Shown here: positions 8,317-18,249 of the stretch, piece after piece
Layout of the letters: every line of letters begins with the position of its first letter
Numbering within the stretch: the stretch's first letter is position 1
Assembly (NCBI GenBank): GCA_964608505.1
Contig: CAZSOV010000005.1
Coordinates: 4,114 to 68,113, forward strand
Reading direction: 5' to 3'
From: an uncultured Verrucomicrobiota bacterium
Lineage (GTDB): Bacteria; Verrucomicrobiota; Verrucomicrobiia; Limisphaerales; CAIMTB01
Length of the DNA: 64,000 bases
Translations under genes and position numbers: made by a program
The notes under the pieces: generated by a model
Databases searched by the model: none
Told to the model about the DNA's origin: nothing
The model's input: the letters and a program-made list of their open reading frames with translations, nothing else

Positions 8317-11300
8317 TCAGTCGAGAAAATGGAATTCGTTGCTGTTCCAGAGCATCCGGCAGAGCTCCGGCAGCCCGTGGGTCCGCGCGTATGCGACGGC
8401 GGCGGAACGCTCGGTGGGTTCGGCCCGGCGTTGGAAGGCATCCGCGAAGGCCGCCTGTACTTGCGAATCGAGGTCCGGCCCGGTGGCGGCGAGCCGGGCG
8501 GCCCAGGCTTCGGCCTGATGGAAAACGAAGGGGTGATGGAGCAACGCGAACGCCTGGAGCGCGGTGAACGATTCCGGGCGTTGGGGAGTGGATTGGTCGC
8601 CCGACGGACTGTCCATGGCATCCATGAGCGGGTCGGGCAGCGTGCGGAAGAGAAAGCGATAGATGGACCGCCGGTAGTTGGCGGGAGCGGCGAGGTCGAA
8701 TCGGGCGTAGTCGACGTTCGGGGTGACGTGGATGCCGTCGGTCATGATGAACTGCCGTGCCGAAGGGCCGCCCATCGCGAGGTCCAGCCGTCCGTCGATC
8801 CGGAGCACGGAATCGCGAAACGTCTCGGCGTCGAGTCGTTGGCGCACGGGTTGCAGCGGATGCGCACGGAGGGGATCGGCGGAGGGTTGCTGCCAGGTGC
8901 GACTGGTCAGGACGAGCCGATGGAGGCTTTTCAACGAACCCGCAAAGTCATCGCGAAACGTCGCGGCGAGCCAGTCGAGCAGGGCGGGATGCGACGGTGC
9001 GCTGCCCATCCGTCCGAAGTCGTTCGGGGTCGCGACGAGACCCTGGCCGAAGTGATGGAGCCACACGCGGTTGACGATGACGCGCCAGAAGAACGGGTTG
9101 TCATGGTGCGTCATCCAGATCGCGAAGCGTCCCCGGCGCAGGGCCTCGTCCGCGTCCGCGGCGAACCGGGCGGGCAGCGCGGTCACGCAGCTCAGGGCAC
9201 CGGGGACCGCTTCCTCGAGGGGTTGGGTGATCTCGCCCCTGCGCAGGCGGTGGATCGGTCGGGGGCGACCGAACGGCTTCTGGTTGCCGTTGGGCGGAAA
9301 GAGCGAGGCGCCCGCATAGACGCGCCGGGGCTCGGGCAGGGCATCCAATTCGCGCCGCACCCGGGGACCCAGGAAAGCCGTCGCGACCTCGAGCTTCTGG
9401 GCGGGGGTGCGGTCCGTCGCCGGGGTGCGCAGGGCCTCCACCAGCGTCGGGGCCAGGGGTGACACCCGCACCGGCGGGGGCTGGCGGGTGGTCGAGAGTC
9501 GGAATCGCCCGAGGGTGTGCTGCCGCCCGTGTTCCTGGGCCAGCACGACGTGCAGCACCACTCCGGTCCGGCCCGCCAGCGCGGGCGGCGGGTCGAGCTC
9601 GAACACCGCCTGGTGGGCCGAACCTTCCCGCGGATGAATGCCCCAGGCCGTCTCGGGTCTGCCGTCCACGGCCTGTGCGATGTTCCACGCCTCCTGGTTG
9701 AAATCGGCGGAGGGATTTCGCAGGGGAACGCGAACCTCGCCGGTGCCGGGCGTTGCGGACGGGTCGCGGGCGAAGACCTGGATCTCCGTCAGGTGCAGAT
9801 TGCCGTTCTCCGCGCGTCCCGGGCCCTGGCGGGGCAGGGAGGCGTCGGGCAGAACCTCCAGGCGCAAGGCGGTGAGGCCCGCCAACGCGGTCCGGGTCCG
9901 GGCCTCGATGACCTCGGTCGGCGGCGAGGCGCCGGACGCGAGCCACGAACCATCGGGCAGGGCGGTGAAACGCGTGCCGTGGCGGGTGGTCACCTGGTCG
10001 GGCGTCAGGGTGTCCCAGGCGACCGGACGGTCGATGGCACCGGCTTCCCAGGCGGCTTGCGCGGCGCGCAGTTCGGGGACGAGCGCGGCTTCGAGCAATT
10101 CGAGATCCTGGCGGTCCAGCGCGACCTGCAGGCGCATCCAGTATTGGCGGGAGTGATGGAGGGTCGGGGACTCGTGATAGAGCCGCTCGGCCTTCTCGGT
10201 CCCGGCGAAGACGGCCTGAAGGGCGTAGTAATCCTGCTGGGAGATCGGATCGAACTTGTGGTCATGGCACCGGGCGCAGTGCGCGGTGACGCCGGCGAAC
10301 GTCGACATGACGTTCGCCACGATGTCGTCGCGGTCGAGGTAACGCCCGATCTCGCGGTCCAGCGTGTCCTCGCGGATGTCGCGGAGCGAACTTTCGTCCC
10401 ACGGACCCGCGGCGAGAAATCCCAGCGCCGGCGTGAGCTCGGGCCGCTGTGGGAACAGGGCGTCGGCGGCGATCTGTTCCGCGGCGAAGACGGAATATGG
10501 CCTGTCGGTGTTGAACGCCTCGATGACGTAGTCGCGGTACGGCCACGCGTGGTCGCGGGGACGGTCCTGATCATGGCCATGCGTCTCGGCGAAGTGCACG
10601 ACGTCGAGCCAGTGCCGGGCCCAGCGTTCGCCGTAGCGGGGCGAGGCCAGCCAGCGGTCCACCCGCCGCTCCCACGCGTCGGGCGCGGGGTCGGCCTCGA
10701 AGTCCGCGACCTCCTCCGGCGTGGGCAGGAGCCCGTGCAACGTCACCGACAGCCGCCGCAGCAGGACCCGCCGGGGCGCCGGAGACGGAAGGCTCCCGCT
10801 CCGGCCCTGATCGTGCAGCCAGATGGCGGCGAAGGCATCGATGGGATGGGCAAAGGGGGCGCTCGGAACCGAGGGCGCCAGCACCGCCTGCGCCGCCCAC
10901 CAACCCGGATTCCGTCCCGGGCCGGGCGCGCGCGACAACGTGCGGGGATCCGGGGCGCCCTCCCGGACCCAATTCTCGAGTGTCCGGACTTCATCCGCGG
11001 ACAGGGGCGTCTTCGGGGGCATCGCCGCTTCGGGATCCACGCGGCGCACGGCGCGCACGAGCAGGCTCCCCTCCGGATCGCCGGGAACGACGGCCGGGCC
11101 GTGCTCGCCCCCGGTTTCCCAGCCGCTTCGTGAATCGAGCGTGAGTCCGCCCTTCATCTTGCCGGCGTCGTGGCTGTGGCATTCGTAGCAATGCCGGCGG
11201 AGGACGGGCTCGACCCGGTCCCGAAAAAAGTCCTCCCCCGAATCCGGCGTCACGTCCGCGGCCCGCGCGAACGGAGAAACGAACAGCGCCGCGAGTCCCA

Positions 11301-11355
11301 GCCACGCGACCAGGCGCGGGCGCGCGCGGGCGCGTGGCATGCGGGGCTGGGGCAT
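8317..11355 (-). CDS. PSCyt1/DUF1549/DUF1553 (PSD) domain protein, planctomycete cytochrome-c-type
   Basis: Signal peptide MPQPRMPRARARPRLVAWLGLAALFVSPFARA. Heme motif CYECHS within FFRDRVEPVLRRHCYECHS. DUF1549-like RLSVTLHGLLPTPEEV ... SPRYGERWARHWLDVVHFAETHG. Second CARCHDHKFDP. C-terminal DUF1553-like ending ...MLWNSNEFHFLD. The track ORF extends to 12087, but that 5' part overlaps the next gene. Confidence 0.9.
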   Translation of the reverse strand: MPQPRMPRARARPRLVAWLGLAALFVSPFARAADVTPDSGEDFFRDRVEPVLRRHCYECHSHDAGKMKGGLTLDSRSGWETGGEHGPAVVPGDPEGSLLVRAVRRVDPEAAMPPKTPLSADEVRTLENWVREGAPDPRTLSRAPGPGRNPGWWAAQAVLAPSVPSAPFAHPIDAFAAIWLHDQGRSGSLPSPAPRRVLLRRLSVTLHGLLPTPEEVADFEADPAPDAWERRVDRWLASPRYGERWARHWLDVVHFAETHGHDQDRPRDHAWPYRDYVIEAFNTDRPYSVFAAEQIAADALFPQRPELTPALGFLAAGPWDESSLRDIREDTLDREIGRYLDRDDIVANVMSTFAGVTAHCARCHDHKFDPISQQDYYALQAVFAGTEKAERLYHESPTLHHSRQYWMRLQVALDRQDLELLEAALVPELRAAQAAWEAGAIDRPVAWDTLTPDQVTTRHGTRFTALPDGSWLASGASPPTEVIEARTRTALAGLTALRLEVLPDASLPRQGPGRAENGNLHLTEIQVFARDPSATPGTGEVRVPLRNPSADFNQEAWNIAQAVDGRPETAWGIHPREGSAHQAVFELDPPPALAGRTGVVLHVVLAQEHGRQHTLGRFRLSTTRQPPPVRVSPLAPTLVEALRTPATDRTPAQKLEVATAFLGPRVRRELDALPEPRRVYAGASLFPPNGNQKPFGRPRPIHRLRRGEITQPLEEAVPGALSCVTALPARFAADADEALRRGRFAIWMTHHDNPFFWRVIVNRVWLHHFGQGLVATPNDFGRMGSAPSHPALLDWLAATFRDDFAGSLKSLHRLVLTSRTWQQPSADPLRAHPLQPVRQRLDAETFRDSVLRIDGRLDLAMGGPSARQFIMTDGIHVTPNVDYARFDLAAPANYRRSIYRFLFRTLPDPLMDAMDSPSGDQSTPQRPESFTALQAFALLHHPFVFHQAEAWAARLAATGPDLDSQVQAAFADAFQRRAEPTERSAAVAYARTHGLPELCRMLWNSNEFHFLD

Positions 11356-11426
11356 GCGCGGAGGATGGGCCGACCGCACGCCGGGTCGTCGAGCCCGGAA
11401 TCCAGGTTGAAGAGGCCGGACCGGAT

Positions 11427-12734
11427 TCAGCGGGTGGCGACGGAGGGGGCCCAGGACCAAGCCGAAACGCCGTTCTGCTCGCGGACCACCAGGTCGGAGC
11501 CCGCCACGGCCAGGTGCGCCCAGGATTCGGCGTCGGTGAGCTGGCGTCGTCCGGCGGGGGTGTAGGCGTCCGGGCGGGCCTCGAAGAGCAGCAGTTCGCC
11601 GCGCTGATCCAGGGCGAGCACCCGCGCATCGCGCGCGACGAGGCTCATGTACTTGCCGAACTTCTCGTCGGTTTCCCACTGCCGGCGTCCGGTGGCCATC
11701 TCGATGCCGACCAGTTTCTGGGCCCGCGTGTGCAGGTAGGCGGTGCCTTCGATGACCACGGGCGTGGACATGTAGCCTTCCACTTTGAGGTGCCACGCCT
11801 CCCGCACCTTCCAAGCCTCGCCCTCCCGGGAGACCGTCCAACCCTGGGTTTGCCCGCCGTATGCCGAGGTCAGGATGCGGTCGCCGTCCACGACGGGCGT
11901 CAGGATGTTCATGCCCCGGAAGGCCTTGATGCTCTGGCTCCAGAGCACCCGGCCGTCCGCGGGCCGGAGACCCGCCAGTTGGTCGCGGGTTTGGACGACG
12001 AGTTGTTCCTCGCCCGCGAACCGGGCCAGGACCGGGGAGCTGAAGGCGCTGCCCCACATGCCTCCGCCATCCTGCAACGAGTGCCACACGATCCTACCGG
12101 TCGCGGCCTCGAGTCGTGCCACGCCCGCCCCGGCCTGGACGAAGACCGCGTCGTCAGTCGCGAGCGGGGAACAGACCAGGCCGAAATCGGGCAGGGGCTT
12201 GCCGGTCTGCTTCGGGAAATCGACGCGCCACAATTCCTTCCCCGTGCCCGCCTCGAGAGCCACCACGACGTCGCGCATGCCTCCCACGAACAACCGCCCG
12301 GCGGCGAAGGCCGGGGTGGAACGAATCCAATCGCCGTTGGCCTTCGCGAAGAAGGGAACCTTCAGGTAGCCCTCCCACTCCCGCCGCCACACTTCCGTGC
12401 CGGTCGCCCGGTCCAGGGCGAGAACCGCCTCCGAGGCCTGGTGCCGGGCCTCGGTCACGAAGACGCGGTCTCCCACGATCAGCGGCCCGGAATAGCTCGG
12501 CCCGAGCGGTACGTGCCACCGCCGAACGAGCGAACTCTCCTCCAGCCGGGCCGGCCAGGGTGCCGTGTCCTGAGCCTTGCCGTCGCGGTGCGGACCCCGC
12601 CACTGAGGCCAATCGGCACCGGCAACGGGGAGCGTCCAGGCGGCGAGCAGGCCGCCGAGAACCAGGGAAGGAAAAACGCGCGGTGTGGCGCGGGAACCAA
12701 ACGTCGGGATGGGCATGGGCAAAGCGCGGGACAC
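11427..12734 (-). CDS. PQQ-like beta-propeller repeat protein (BamB/PQQ-enzyme-repeat family)
   Basis: Signal peptide followed by DWPQWRGPHRDGK. Repeated GDRVFV / GRLFVGG / DAVFVQAG / GDRILTSAYGG / GTAYLHT blade motifs. Confidence 0.85.
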   Translation of the reverse strand: MSRALPMPIPTFGSRATPRVFPSLVLGGLLAAWTLPVAGADWPQWRGPHRDGKAQDTAPWPARLEESSLVRRWHVPLGPSYSGPLIVGDRVFVTEARHQASEAVLALDRATGTEVWRREWEGYLKVPFFAKANGDWIRSTPAFAAGRLFVGGMRDVVVALEAGTGKELWRVDFPKQTGKPLPDFGLVCSPLATDDAVFVQAGAGVARLEAATGRIVWHSLQDGGGMWGSAFSSPVLARFAGEEQLVVQTRDQLAGLRPADGRVLWSQSIKAFRGMNILTPVVDGDRILTSAYGGQTQGWTVSREGEAWKVREAWHLKVEGYMSTPVVIEGTAYLHTRAQKLVGIEMATGRRQWETDEKFGKYMSLVARDARVLALDQRGELLLFEARPDAYTPAGRRQLTDAESWAHLAVAGSDLVVREQNGVSAWSWAPSVATR

Positions 12735-12774
12735 CCGCGAAGTGCACCGAGCATGCCCGGGCTCCCGGATTTGT

Positions 12775-14178
12775 CTAATGTTTGTTTAGTATTTGTTTAT
12801 GTGTCTCGGCCCAGGCGCGCAGGTCGAGGATGGCTTGCCCGAGCACGCCGGCTGAGCCCCGGAATTGTCCGGAGCCCCGGGGTTGGTTGTCGCGGGTCCA
12901 CCATTCGAAGAAGCCCTGGTGTTGCAGCACGCGGCGGGTCATGGGCTGGAGTTCGTGGTAGGCCTCCTCGACCAGGCCGTGGCGGATCAACTGTTGGATG
13001 AGGCGTCCGCCGAACCAGCACCAGTCCCCGCCGTTCTGGTAGGACCAGGCGCGCATGCTCTTGTTCTTGAAGAAACCGTCCGGGTACGGCGGGTGGACGG
13101 TCAGGCCGAGGGAGGCGGCGCCGGCGGTTCGCACGTTGGCACGCAGGGCTTCGAGGGAACGGCGGACCTCCCCGGGCGAGAGGAGACCGGCCTCCATCGC
13201 GACCGCCGTCCCGCCGTGATACCAGACGGCGCGTTCGTCGAAGTCGGCGGGGAACGGCGAAGAATCGAGGTAGAGGTGAGGAACGAACTTGGCGCGTTCG
13301 GCGTCCCAGAGGTGTTTGCGGGTGGCCAGACGGAGCTGGCGGGCGCGCTCGGTCCAGCGCTGGCGGGTCGGGGCCGGGGTGTGGGCGGGGGCGAACTCGA
13401 GATAGGCTTGGATGGCGGAGAGATAGAGGGCGTTGTCGTAGACATCGATGGCGCGATGGGAGCTCGCGTCGAGTTCGACGCCCCATTCGTGTTCGGGTTG
13501 CACGTCCCCCCAGTCGACGGTGGTGGCGCCCCAAATCAGGCCGTGCGCGGGGGAGAAGCGGTGCTGCCACGGGTACTCGAGCGCCCTGTCCAGGCGGTCG
13601 AGGACCGACCGTCCGCCGATGGTTTCGTCGAGCAGGGTCGAGTCCCCGGTCCCGCGCAGGTAACGGGCGACGGCGAGCACGAGGGAGGATTCCTGGTCGG
13701 TTTCGACGGTGTTTTTGTGGGCGAGCAGGGCGGGGGCCAGATCCGACTTCCGGTACTTGTATCCGACGCCGGCCTTGGCGGCGGGGATGTAACCATCGAC
13801 GATGTTGCCGTCGGCCTCCTGAAACTTGAAGAAGGTCAGGAGGGCGCCGCGGAGCCGGGCCGGATTGTCGGGGCTGGCGCCGAGGGCGAGGTCGAGGAAC
13901 GTGTTCAGATCCCGGATCCAAACCTCGCCGTACCCATCGCCGGCGTTGAGGCCGGTCGCGAGCAGGGCGCGGGCCCGGGACAGAACCTCGGTCAGGTTCG
14001 TGTCGGCCAGAATCGTCCGGGCGAGGGACGGCGATGCGGGCACCGGTGCCGGTGCCGGTGCGGGTGCGGCGAGGCCGTGGCGACCCGAAAGCGCGAGGTG
14101 CGAAACCGCGAGGCCCAGAACGAGGAGGCACCGGGCACGGAGGCAACGACCGGGCCGGCGGGGCGTGGCGGCAGGCAT
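12775..14178 (-). CDS. Secreted (alpha/alpha)6-barrel glycoside-hydrolase-like protein (family not assigned)
   Basis: Signal peptide. GYGEVWIRDLNTFLDLAL ... HGLIWGATTVDWGD ... YQNGGDWCWFGGRLIQQLIRHGLVEEAYHEL ... GFFEWW. These motifs resemble six-hairpin glycosidases (GH15/GH63/debranching-enzyme-like). The family call is tentative. Confidence 0.7.
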   Translation of the reverse strand: MPAATPRRPGRCLRARCLLVLGLAVSHLALSGRHGLAAPAPAPAPVPASPSLARTILADTNLTEVLSRARALLATGLNAGDGYGEVWIRDLNTFLDLALGASPDNPARLRGALLTFFKFQEADGNIVDGYIPAAKAGVGYKYRKSDLAPALLAHKNTVETDQESSLVLAVARYLRGTGDSTLLDETIGGRSVLDRLDRALEYPWQHRFSPAHGLIWGATTVDWGDVQPEHEWGVELDASSHRAIDVYDNALYLSAIQAYLEFAPAHTPAPTRQRWTERARQLRLATRKHLWDAERAKFVPHLYLDSSPFPADFDERAVWYHGGTAVAMEAGLLSPGEVRRSLEALRANVRTAGAASLGLTVHPPYPDGFFKNKSMRAWSYQNGGDWCWFGGRLIQQLIRHGLVEEAYHELQPMTRRVLQHQGFFEWWTRDNQPRGSGQFRGSAGVLGQAILDLRAWAETHKQILNKH

Positions 14179-14253
14179 GCGGCAGGCTGGGCCGCGGGCA
14201 TTCCCGCCGCCACAGGAATGGGGCGGGCGCGGGGCGGGCGTGCGGCGCGCGGA

Positions 14254-15714
14254 TCAGTGGGCCGCGACGTCGCGTTGGCCGAAGGCGAGCAGCCGGGTCG
14301 GGGTGCGAAGGTAGAGCCGGTTGCCGGCCAGTGCCGGGGTGGCGGCGGTCTTCTCCCGGAAGTCCGCCTGGTGGAGGATTTCGGGGGCCTGGCCCCCGGC
14401 CCGCACGACGGAGAGTTTGCCGTCGAGCGACAGCAGGTACAGCCGGCCATCGGCGGCGACGGGCGACGCATAGTAGCTGCCGCCGGCGTTCTTGAGGCGT
14501 TCCTGGGCGTAGATCGGGGCCCCGGTCCGCGCGTCGAGCGAGGTCAGCATGCCTCCGTCCCGGATGAGGTAGATCCGTCCGTCGTAGTGCAGCGGACAGG
14601 GAACGTAGGGGAGGCCCCGGGTGTATTTCCACGCGGCATGGGAGTCGGTGATGTCGCCGGAACCCCCGGGACGGACGGCGACGAGCACGTTTTCGCCGCG
14701 CTTCATCAGGCCCAGAATCGTCTCCCAATCGTGTTGTTCGAGCTTCCCGTTCCCGTCGAGGTCCTGCGCCTTGAACCAGGCCGGGCCGTCCGTGAACTCA
14801 TCCGGCGTGATCACGCCGTCCCGGTTCCTGTCCTGCCGCTCCGCCGTGCTCGCCCAGGTCGGGAACGGGGAGTCGGCTTTTCCGGGGGACCAGCCCGCGA
14901 AGAAGATCAGGCCATCGCCGAGCACGGGGGTGGTGCAGGTGTAGGAAGGCAGCCCGCGGAACTTCCAGCGCTCGGCGCCGGTGACGGGGTCGTATCCGCG
15001 CATCACCAGCGAGCCCGCCATCACGATCTCCACGGTGCCGTCCTGCTCGCGAACGATGGGCGTGCCGTAGCTGGTCACGACCTCCGCGCGCGGCGTCTCC
15101 CACAGAAGTTTGCCGGTGCGGAGGTCCAGTCCCAAGGTCGAGGAGCTGGGAGCCAGATCGCGGTTCAGAATCACCCGCTCGCCCACGATGAGCGGCGAGG
15201 TCCCGGACCCGAAATTACCGGCGGTCTGCGCCCTGGGCAGCGGATGCCGCCAAAGTTCCCTGCCCTCCGGATCATGGCAGAGCAGCCCGAAGGACCCGAA
15301 ATAGCTCACCACGTGCCGACCGTCCGTCGCCGGCGTGGAGGCCGCCGGGCTGCCTTCTGTCTGGTGGAATTCCTCGAGGCCCGCCGCGGGCGCCACCGCG
15401 GACCAGAGCTGTCGTCCGTCGCGTCCGTCATAGGCCCGGGTCTCGAGTCGACCGTCGGCGAACGTGGTCAGGAAGATGCGATCCCCCCAGACGCAGGGCG
15501 ACGAGGGCGAATTCGGCACGGGCGTGGACCACAGCAGGTTCTCCTCCGGACCCAGCCTGGCGGGCGGACGGGCCTGCGGCGCGATGCCCGACGCGTTGGG
15601 CCCGCGGAACATGGGCCAGGCCGCGGGCGCTTCCGCGCACAGGCCGCCGAACGGCATTCCGGCGGCGAGGAACAGGGTGGCGGCGCGGGCGCGAAGGGAT
15701 GGGGCTGGATTCAT
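14254..15714 (-). CDS. PQQ-like beta-propeller repeat protein with an internal EF-hand pair
   Basis: Signal peptide followed by WPMFRGPNASG. Blade motifs GDRIFLTT, GRHVVSYFG, GERVILN, GLIFFAG, GRIYLIRDGG, GRLYLLS, GNRLYLRT. Inserted Ca-loop-like DRNRDGVITPDEF and DLDGNGKLEQHDW. Confidence 0.85.
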   Translation of the reverse strand: MNPAPSLRARAATLFLAAGMPFGGLCAEAPAAWPMFRGPNASGIAPQARPPARLGPEENLLWSTPVPNSPSSPCVWGDRIFLTTFADGRLETRAYDGRDGRQLWSAVAPAAGLEEFHQTEGSPAASTPATDGRHVVSYFGSFGLLCHDPEGRELWRHPLPRAQTAGNFGSGTSPLIVGERVILNRDLAPSSSTLGLDLRTGKLLWETPRAEVVTSYGTPIVREQDGTVEIVMAGSLVMRGYDPVTGAERWKFRGLPSYTCTTPVLGDGLIFFAGWSPGKADSPFPTWASTAERQDRNRDGVITPDEFTDGPAWFKAQDLDGNGKLEQHDWETILGLMKRGENVLVAVRPGGSGDITDSHAAWKYTRGLPYVPCPLHYDGRIYLIRDGGMLTSLDARTGAPIYAQERLKNAGGSYYASPVAADGRLYLLSLDGKLSVVRAGGQAPEILHQADFREKTAATPALAGNRLYLRTPTRLLAFGQRDVAAH

Positions 15715-15961
15715 GAGCGCCGCAGCATGCCCGGAAACCGACGGCGCTCAAGCTGTCAGGCGCCGGGCCGGGCGTATCACCAGGGCGATTGACCAAGTCG
15801 ATTGGGGCCAGCGACCGGCTCCCCGCCATAGCGTCTGCGCGACGGCGGGCCGGGTCGCGGGGCGATCGAAGCAGGCGAATCGAGAGGCGAAGCCTGCGAC
15901 TCGGCAGTCGCCGGCCCCACATCGCAGCTCCACGCAGGACTTTGTCAACGGCCCTGGCGCA

Positions 15962-17785
15962 TTACCGCGCCGGATCGGTGGCGAAGCGGGCGACGAACTT
16001 ATCGACCGTGAGGCCGCTCTCGTTGAGGTGGGTGACCTTGGTCCAGGGCGCGCCCTCGACGCCGCGGGCGAGGGTGGCGAAGTCGTCGGCGACCTGTTTG
16101 CGGGATTCGGTGAGGGGCCAGACGGCGCCGGCCTTGCCGCATTCCTCACGCAGCGGTTCCCAGCGCGCGAGCCAGACGTACCGCAGCGGGAGGCGCGCGA
16201 CCCGCACCCGCTGGACGCGATCCGGACCTTCGCCCGCGCCGGCGGCCTCTGCCTGCTTCCAGAGCTCCTCGGCGGCGGCGAGCGTGGCGAACTTGTGGAA
16301 CGGAGTGTCCGTCTTGGAGAAGCAGCCGAGTTTGTAACCGGCGGAGGCCTCGTGCAGGAGGTCGAAGTACCGGAGCACGAACGGCGCGGCGGCCTCGCCA
16401 TAGTAGCCGTGCACGAACTCGCGAATCAGCGCGCGATCGTCCTGGAACGGATTCCAGAGCAGCTGCGCGAGGACCCACGCGCGGAGTTCGGCCATCTCGG
16501 AGCCATGGGACTGGTAGGCTCCCTGCTCGAACATCCCGCGCACGCCGTTCTGGTGGAAGAACCGGAGATTGGGGCCGAGCACATACCAGTTGGGATGCGG
16601 CTGGACGTAATGCGCGAAGTCGGTCGTGTAGTCCCAGATGTAAAGCCGTTGGCAGATCTTCGACCAGCCGCGGATGTCGTCGGCGAACGCGGCGTTGGAG
16701 GGGTGGTCGAGCGGTTCACGGAAGTTGCACTCGATGGAGCAGAGGCGGACGACGACGTTGGGCCGGGGCCGGAGGGTCTTGGGCGGCTTCCGGGTGTATT
16801 GGTAGGCCAGGGTGTCGAAGGCGACTTGGGGAAACTCCGCCTCGAGCTTCGCCGCGATGAAGTTGACGGTGTCGAGCATCGTCCCGGCGTGAGTTCCCTC
16901 GGCGTCGTCGAGGGCCTTGCATGTCTCGCATTCGCAGGCGCCATACCAGTCGTTCTGGGAGATCGAAATAATCCGCGCCTCGGGCGACTCCCTGAGCCAC
17001 TCGCGCACGCGCCCCACGAGAAAGTCGCGCAGCCGGGGATTGGTCAGGCAGAGCTGCGCCTTGTCATGGGTGCGTTTGCCCCGGATGAGGCTGTACCACT
17101 CCGGGTGCGTGGCGAAGTGCTGCTCCGGCGGAACCAGCGGATAAAACGTGTGGACGAACCCCTTGTACCGGATGTCGCCGCCCCACTCGCCCGGGATGCG
17201 GGCGCTCTGGCTGTTCGAGAAATTGCGGACGGCCCATGCCCGGTCGAAGGCGGCGAACCAGAAAGGGTCCCGGGATTCGAACGCGGGTTTGGCGTGGACC
17301 TTCAGTCGCGGAATCCGGAGATCCGGATCGGAGGGAATGTCCGTGGCCCAGGGCGTCCACCAGCGGACCCCGCAGTAGTCCTGCAGGAACCGGCTCACGG
17401 CGTACAGCGTGCCGCGCGGACGCCCTCCCGCGATGAGCACATGGTTGCGATCCGTGCGCAGCACGACGTCCTCCTCCCCCAACCGCTCCCAGGGCACATC
17501 CGGAAAAAGCCGGCGCGCCGTCGGCCCGCCCCCGACCAGGATCGCCTTGCGCTGCACCACGGCCCCCGGCGCGAGGATCGGGAACTGGCTGCCGACGATC
17601 GTGTGGAGGTGGGCGGCCAGTTCGCGCGCGGCATGGGCTTCCGGCTCGGGGGCCGTCGTTTCGCGCAGAATCACGAAATCGGTCAGGCCATCCCGGGCCA
17701 GACGAACCGCGGCGGAGGCGCGAGGCATCCCGGCGACGATCACCGAGACCAGAACCAGCGGGAGGAGCAGGGAGGTAGGTTTCAT
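15962..17785 (-). CDS. DUF4838 domain protein (GH20-like N-terminal fold; putative glycan-active enzyme)
   Basis: Signal peptide MKPTSLLLPLVLVSVIVAG. RGTLYAVSRFLQDYCGVRWWTPW and CLTNP ... ISISQNDWYGACECETCKALD match the DUF4838 pattern as I remember it. Confidence 0.8.
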   Translation of the reverse strand: MKPTSLLLPLVLVSVIVAGMPRASAAVRLARDGLTDFVILRETTAPEPEAHAARELAAHLHTIVGSQFPILAPGAVVQRKAILVGGGPTARRLFPDVPWERLGEEDVVLRTDRNHVLIAGGRPRGTLYAVSRFLQDYCGVRWWTPWATDIPSDPDLRIPRLKVHAKPAFESRDPFWFAAFDRAWAVRNFSNSQSARIPGEWGGDIRYKGFVHTFYPLVPPEQHFATHPEWYSLIRGKRTHDKAQLCLTNPRLRDFLVGRVREWLRESPEARIISISQNDWYGACECETCKALDDAEGTHAGTMLDTVNFIAAKLEAEFPQVAFDTLAYQYTRKPPKTLRPRPNVVVRLCSIECNFREPLDHPSNAAFADDIRGWSKICQRLYIWDYTTDFAHYVQPHPNWYVLGPNLRFFHQNGVRGMFEQGAYQSHGSEMAELRAWVLAQLLWNPFQDDRALIREFVHGYYGEAAAPFVLRYFDLLHEASAGYKLGCFSKTDTPFHKFATLAAAEELWKQAEAAGAGEGPDRVQRVRVARLPLRYVWLARWEPLREECGKAGAVWPLTESRKQVADDFATLARGVEGAPWTKVTHLNESGLTVDKFVARFATDPAR

Positions 17786-18249
17786 GGCGTTCGAAACGGG
17801 GAAGGGCAAGGGATGGAAAGTCGGGCCGGTTGTCGCTATGCGCTATGGGTCGGGCGATGGATCGATGCTCCGGAAGTCCGGCAGGATAGGGATGGGATAG
17901 GACGGCAGGATGTCGTCGGGCGTCCGGTCAGTCATGGGCCCCTTGGGCGCGGGGTGCAAGCGTGGGGTGGCCGGCAGTCGGGCCTGTGGGCCTGCTACGC
18001 CCCTCTACTGCGTGGAAAACAGCGCCATGAAAAGGAAGCCGCATCCCAAAGACCCGGAACCGCGTCCCTGCTCCCCCCGGGGAAGCTCCGCGTCGCCATG
18101 CTTCCCGCTCCACCTCACGGCAAGGGGGACCACGGTTGGCCCTGCCCCCGGCGTCCGAATCGGTCTTCTGGACCCCTCCCAAGTTTCCGCCTGCTGCTGT
18201 GCCGCGTCCGTTCCGTTGACTGGCTCGAACGGTTGAACAGAATCGCGCA

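Noticed and set aside
10376-10390. A third copy of the GTCGCGGAGCGAC motif inside the PSCyt/DUF1553 gene (GTCGCGGAGCGAAC).
   Set aside because: It has one mismatch that breaks the palindrome, and it lies inside a well-supported CDS. This is most likely a chance occurrence in GC-rich coding sequence.
12797-15792. Track ORFs 12797..14728 (643 aa, minus) and 12865..15792 (975 aa, plus).
   Set aside because: Both are R/P/G-rich shadow frames. They overlap the well-supported glycosidase-like (12775..14178) and PQQ-propeller (14254..15714) genes.
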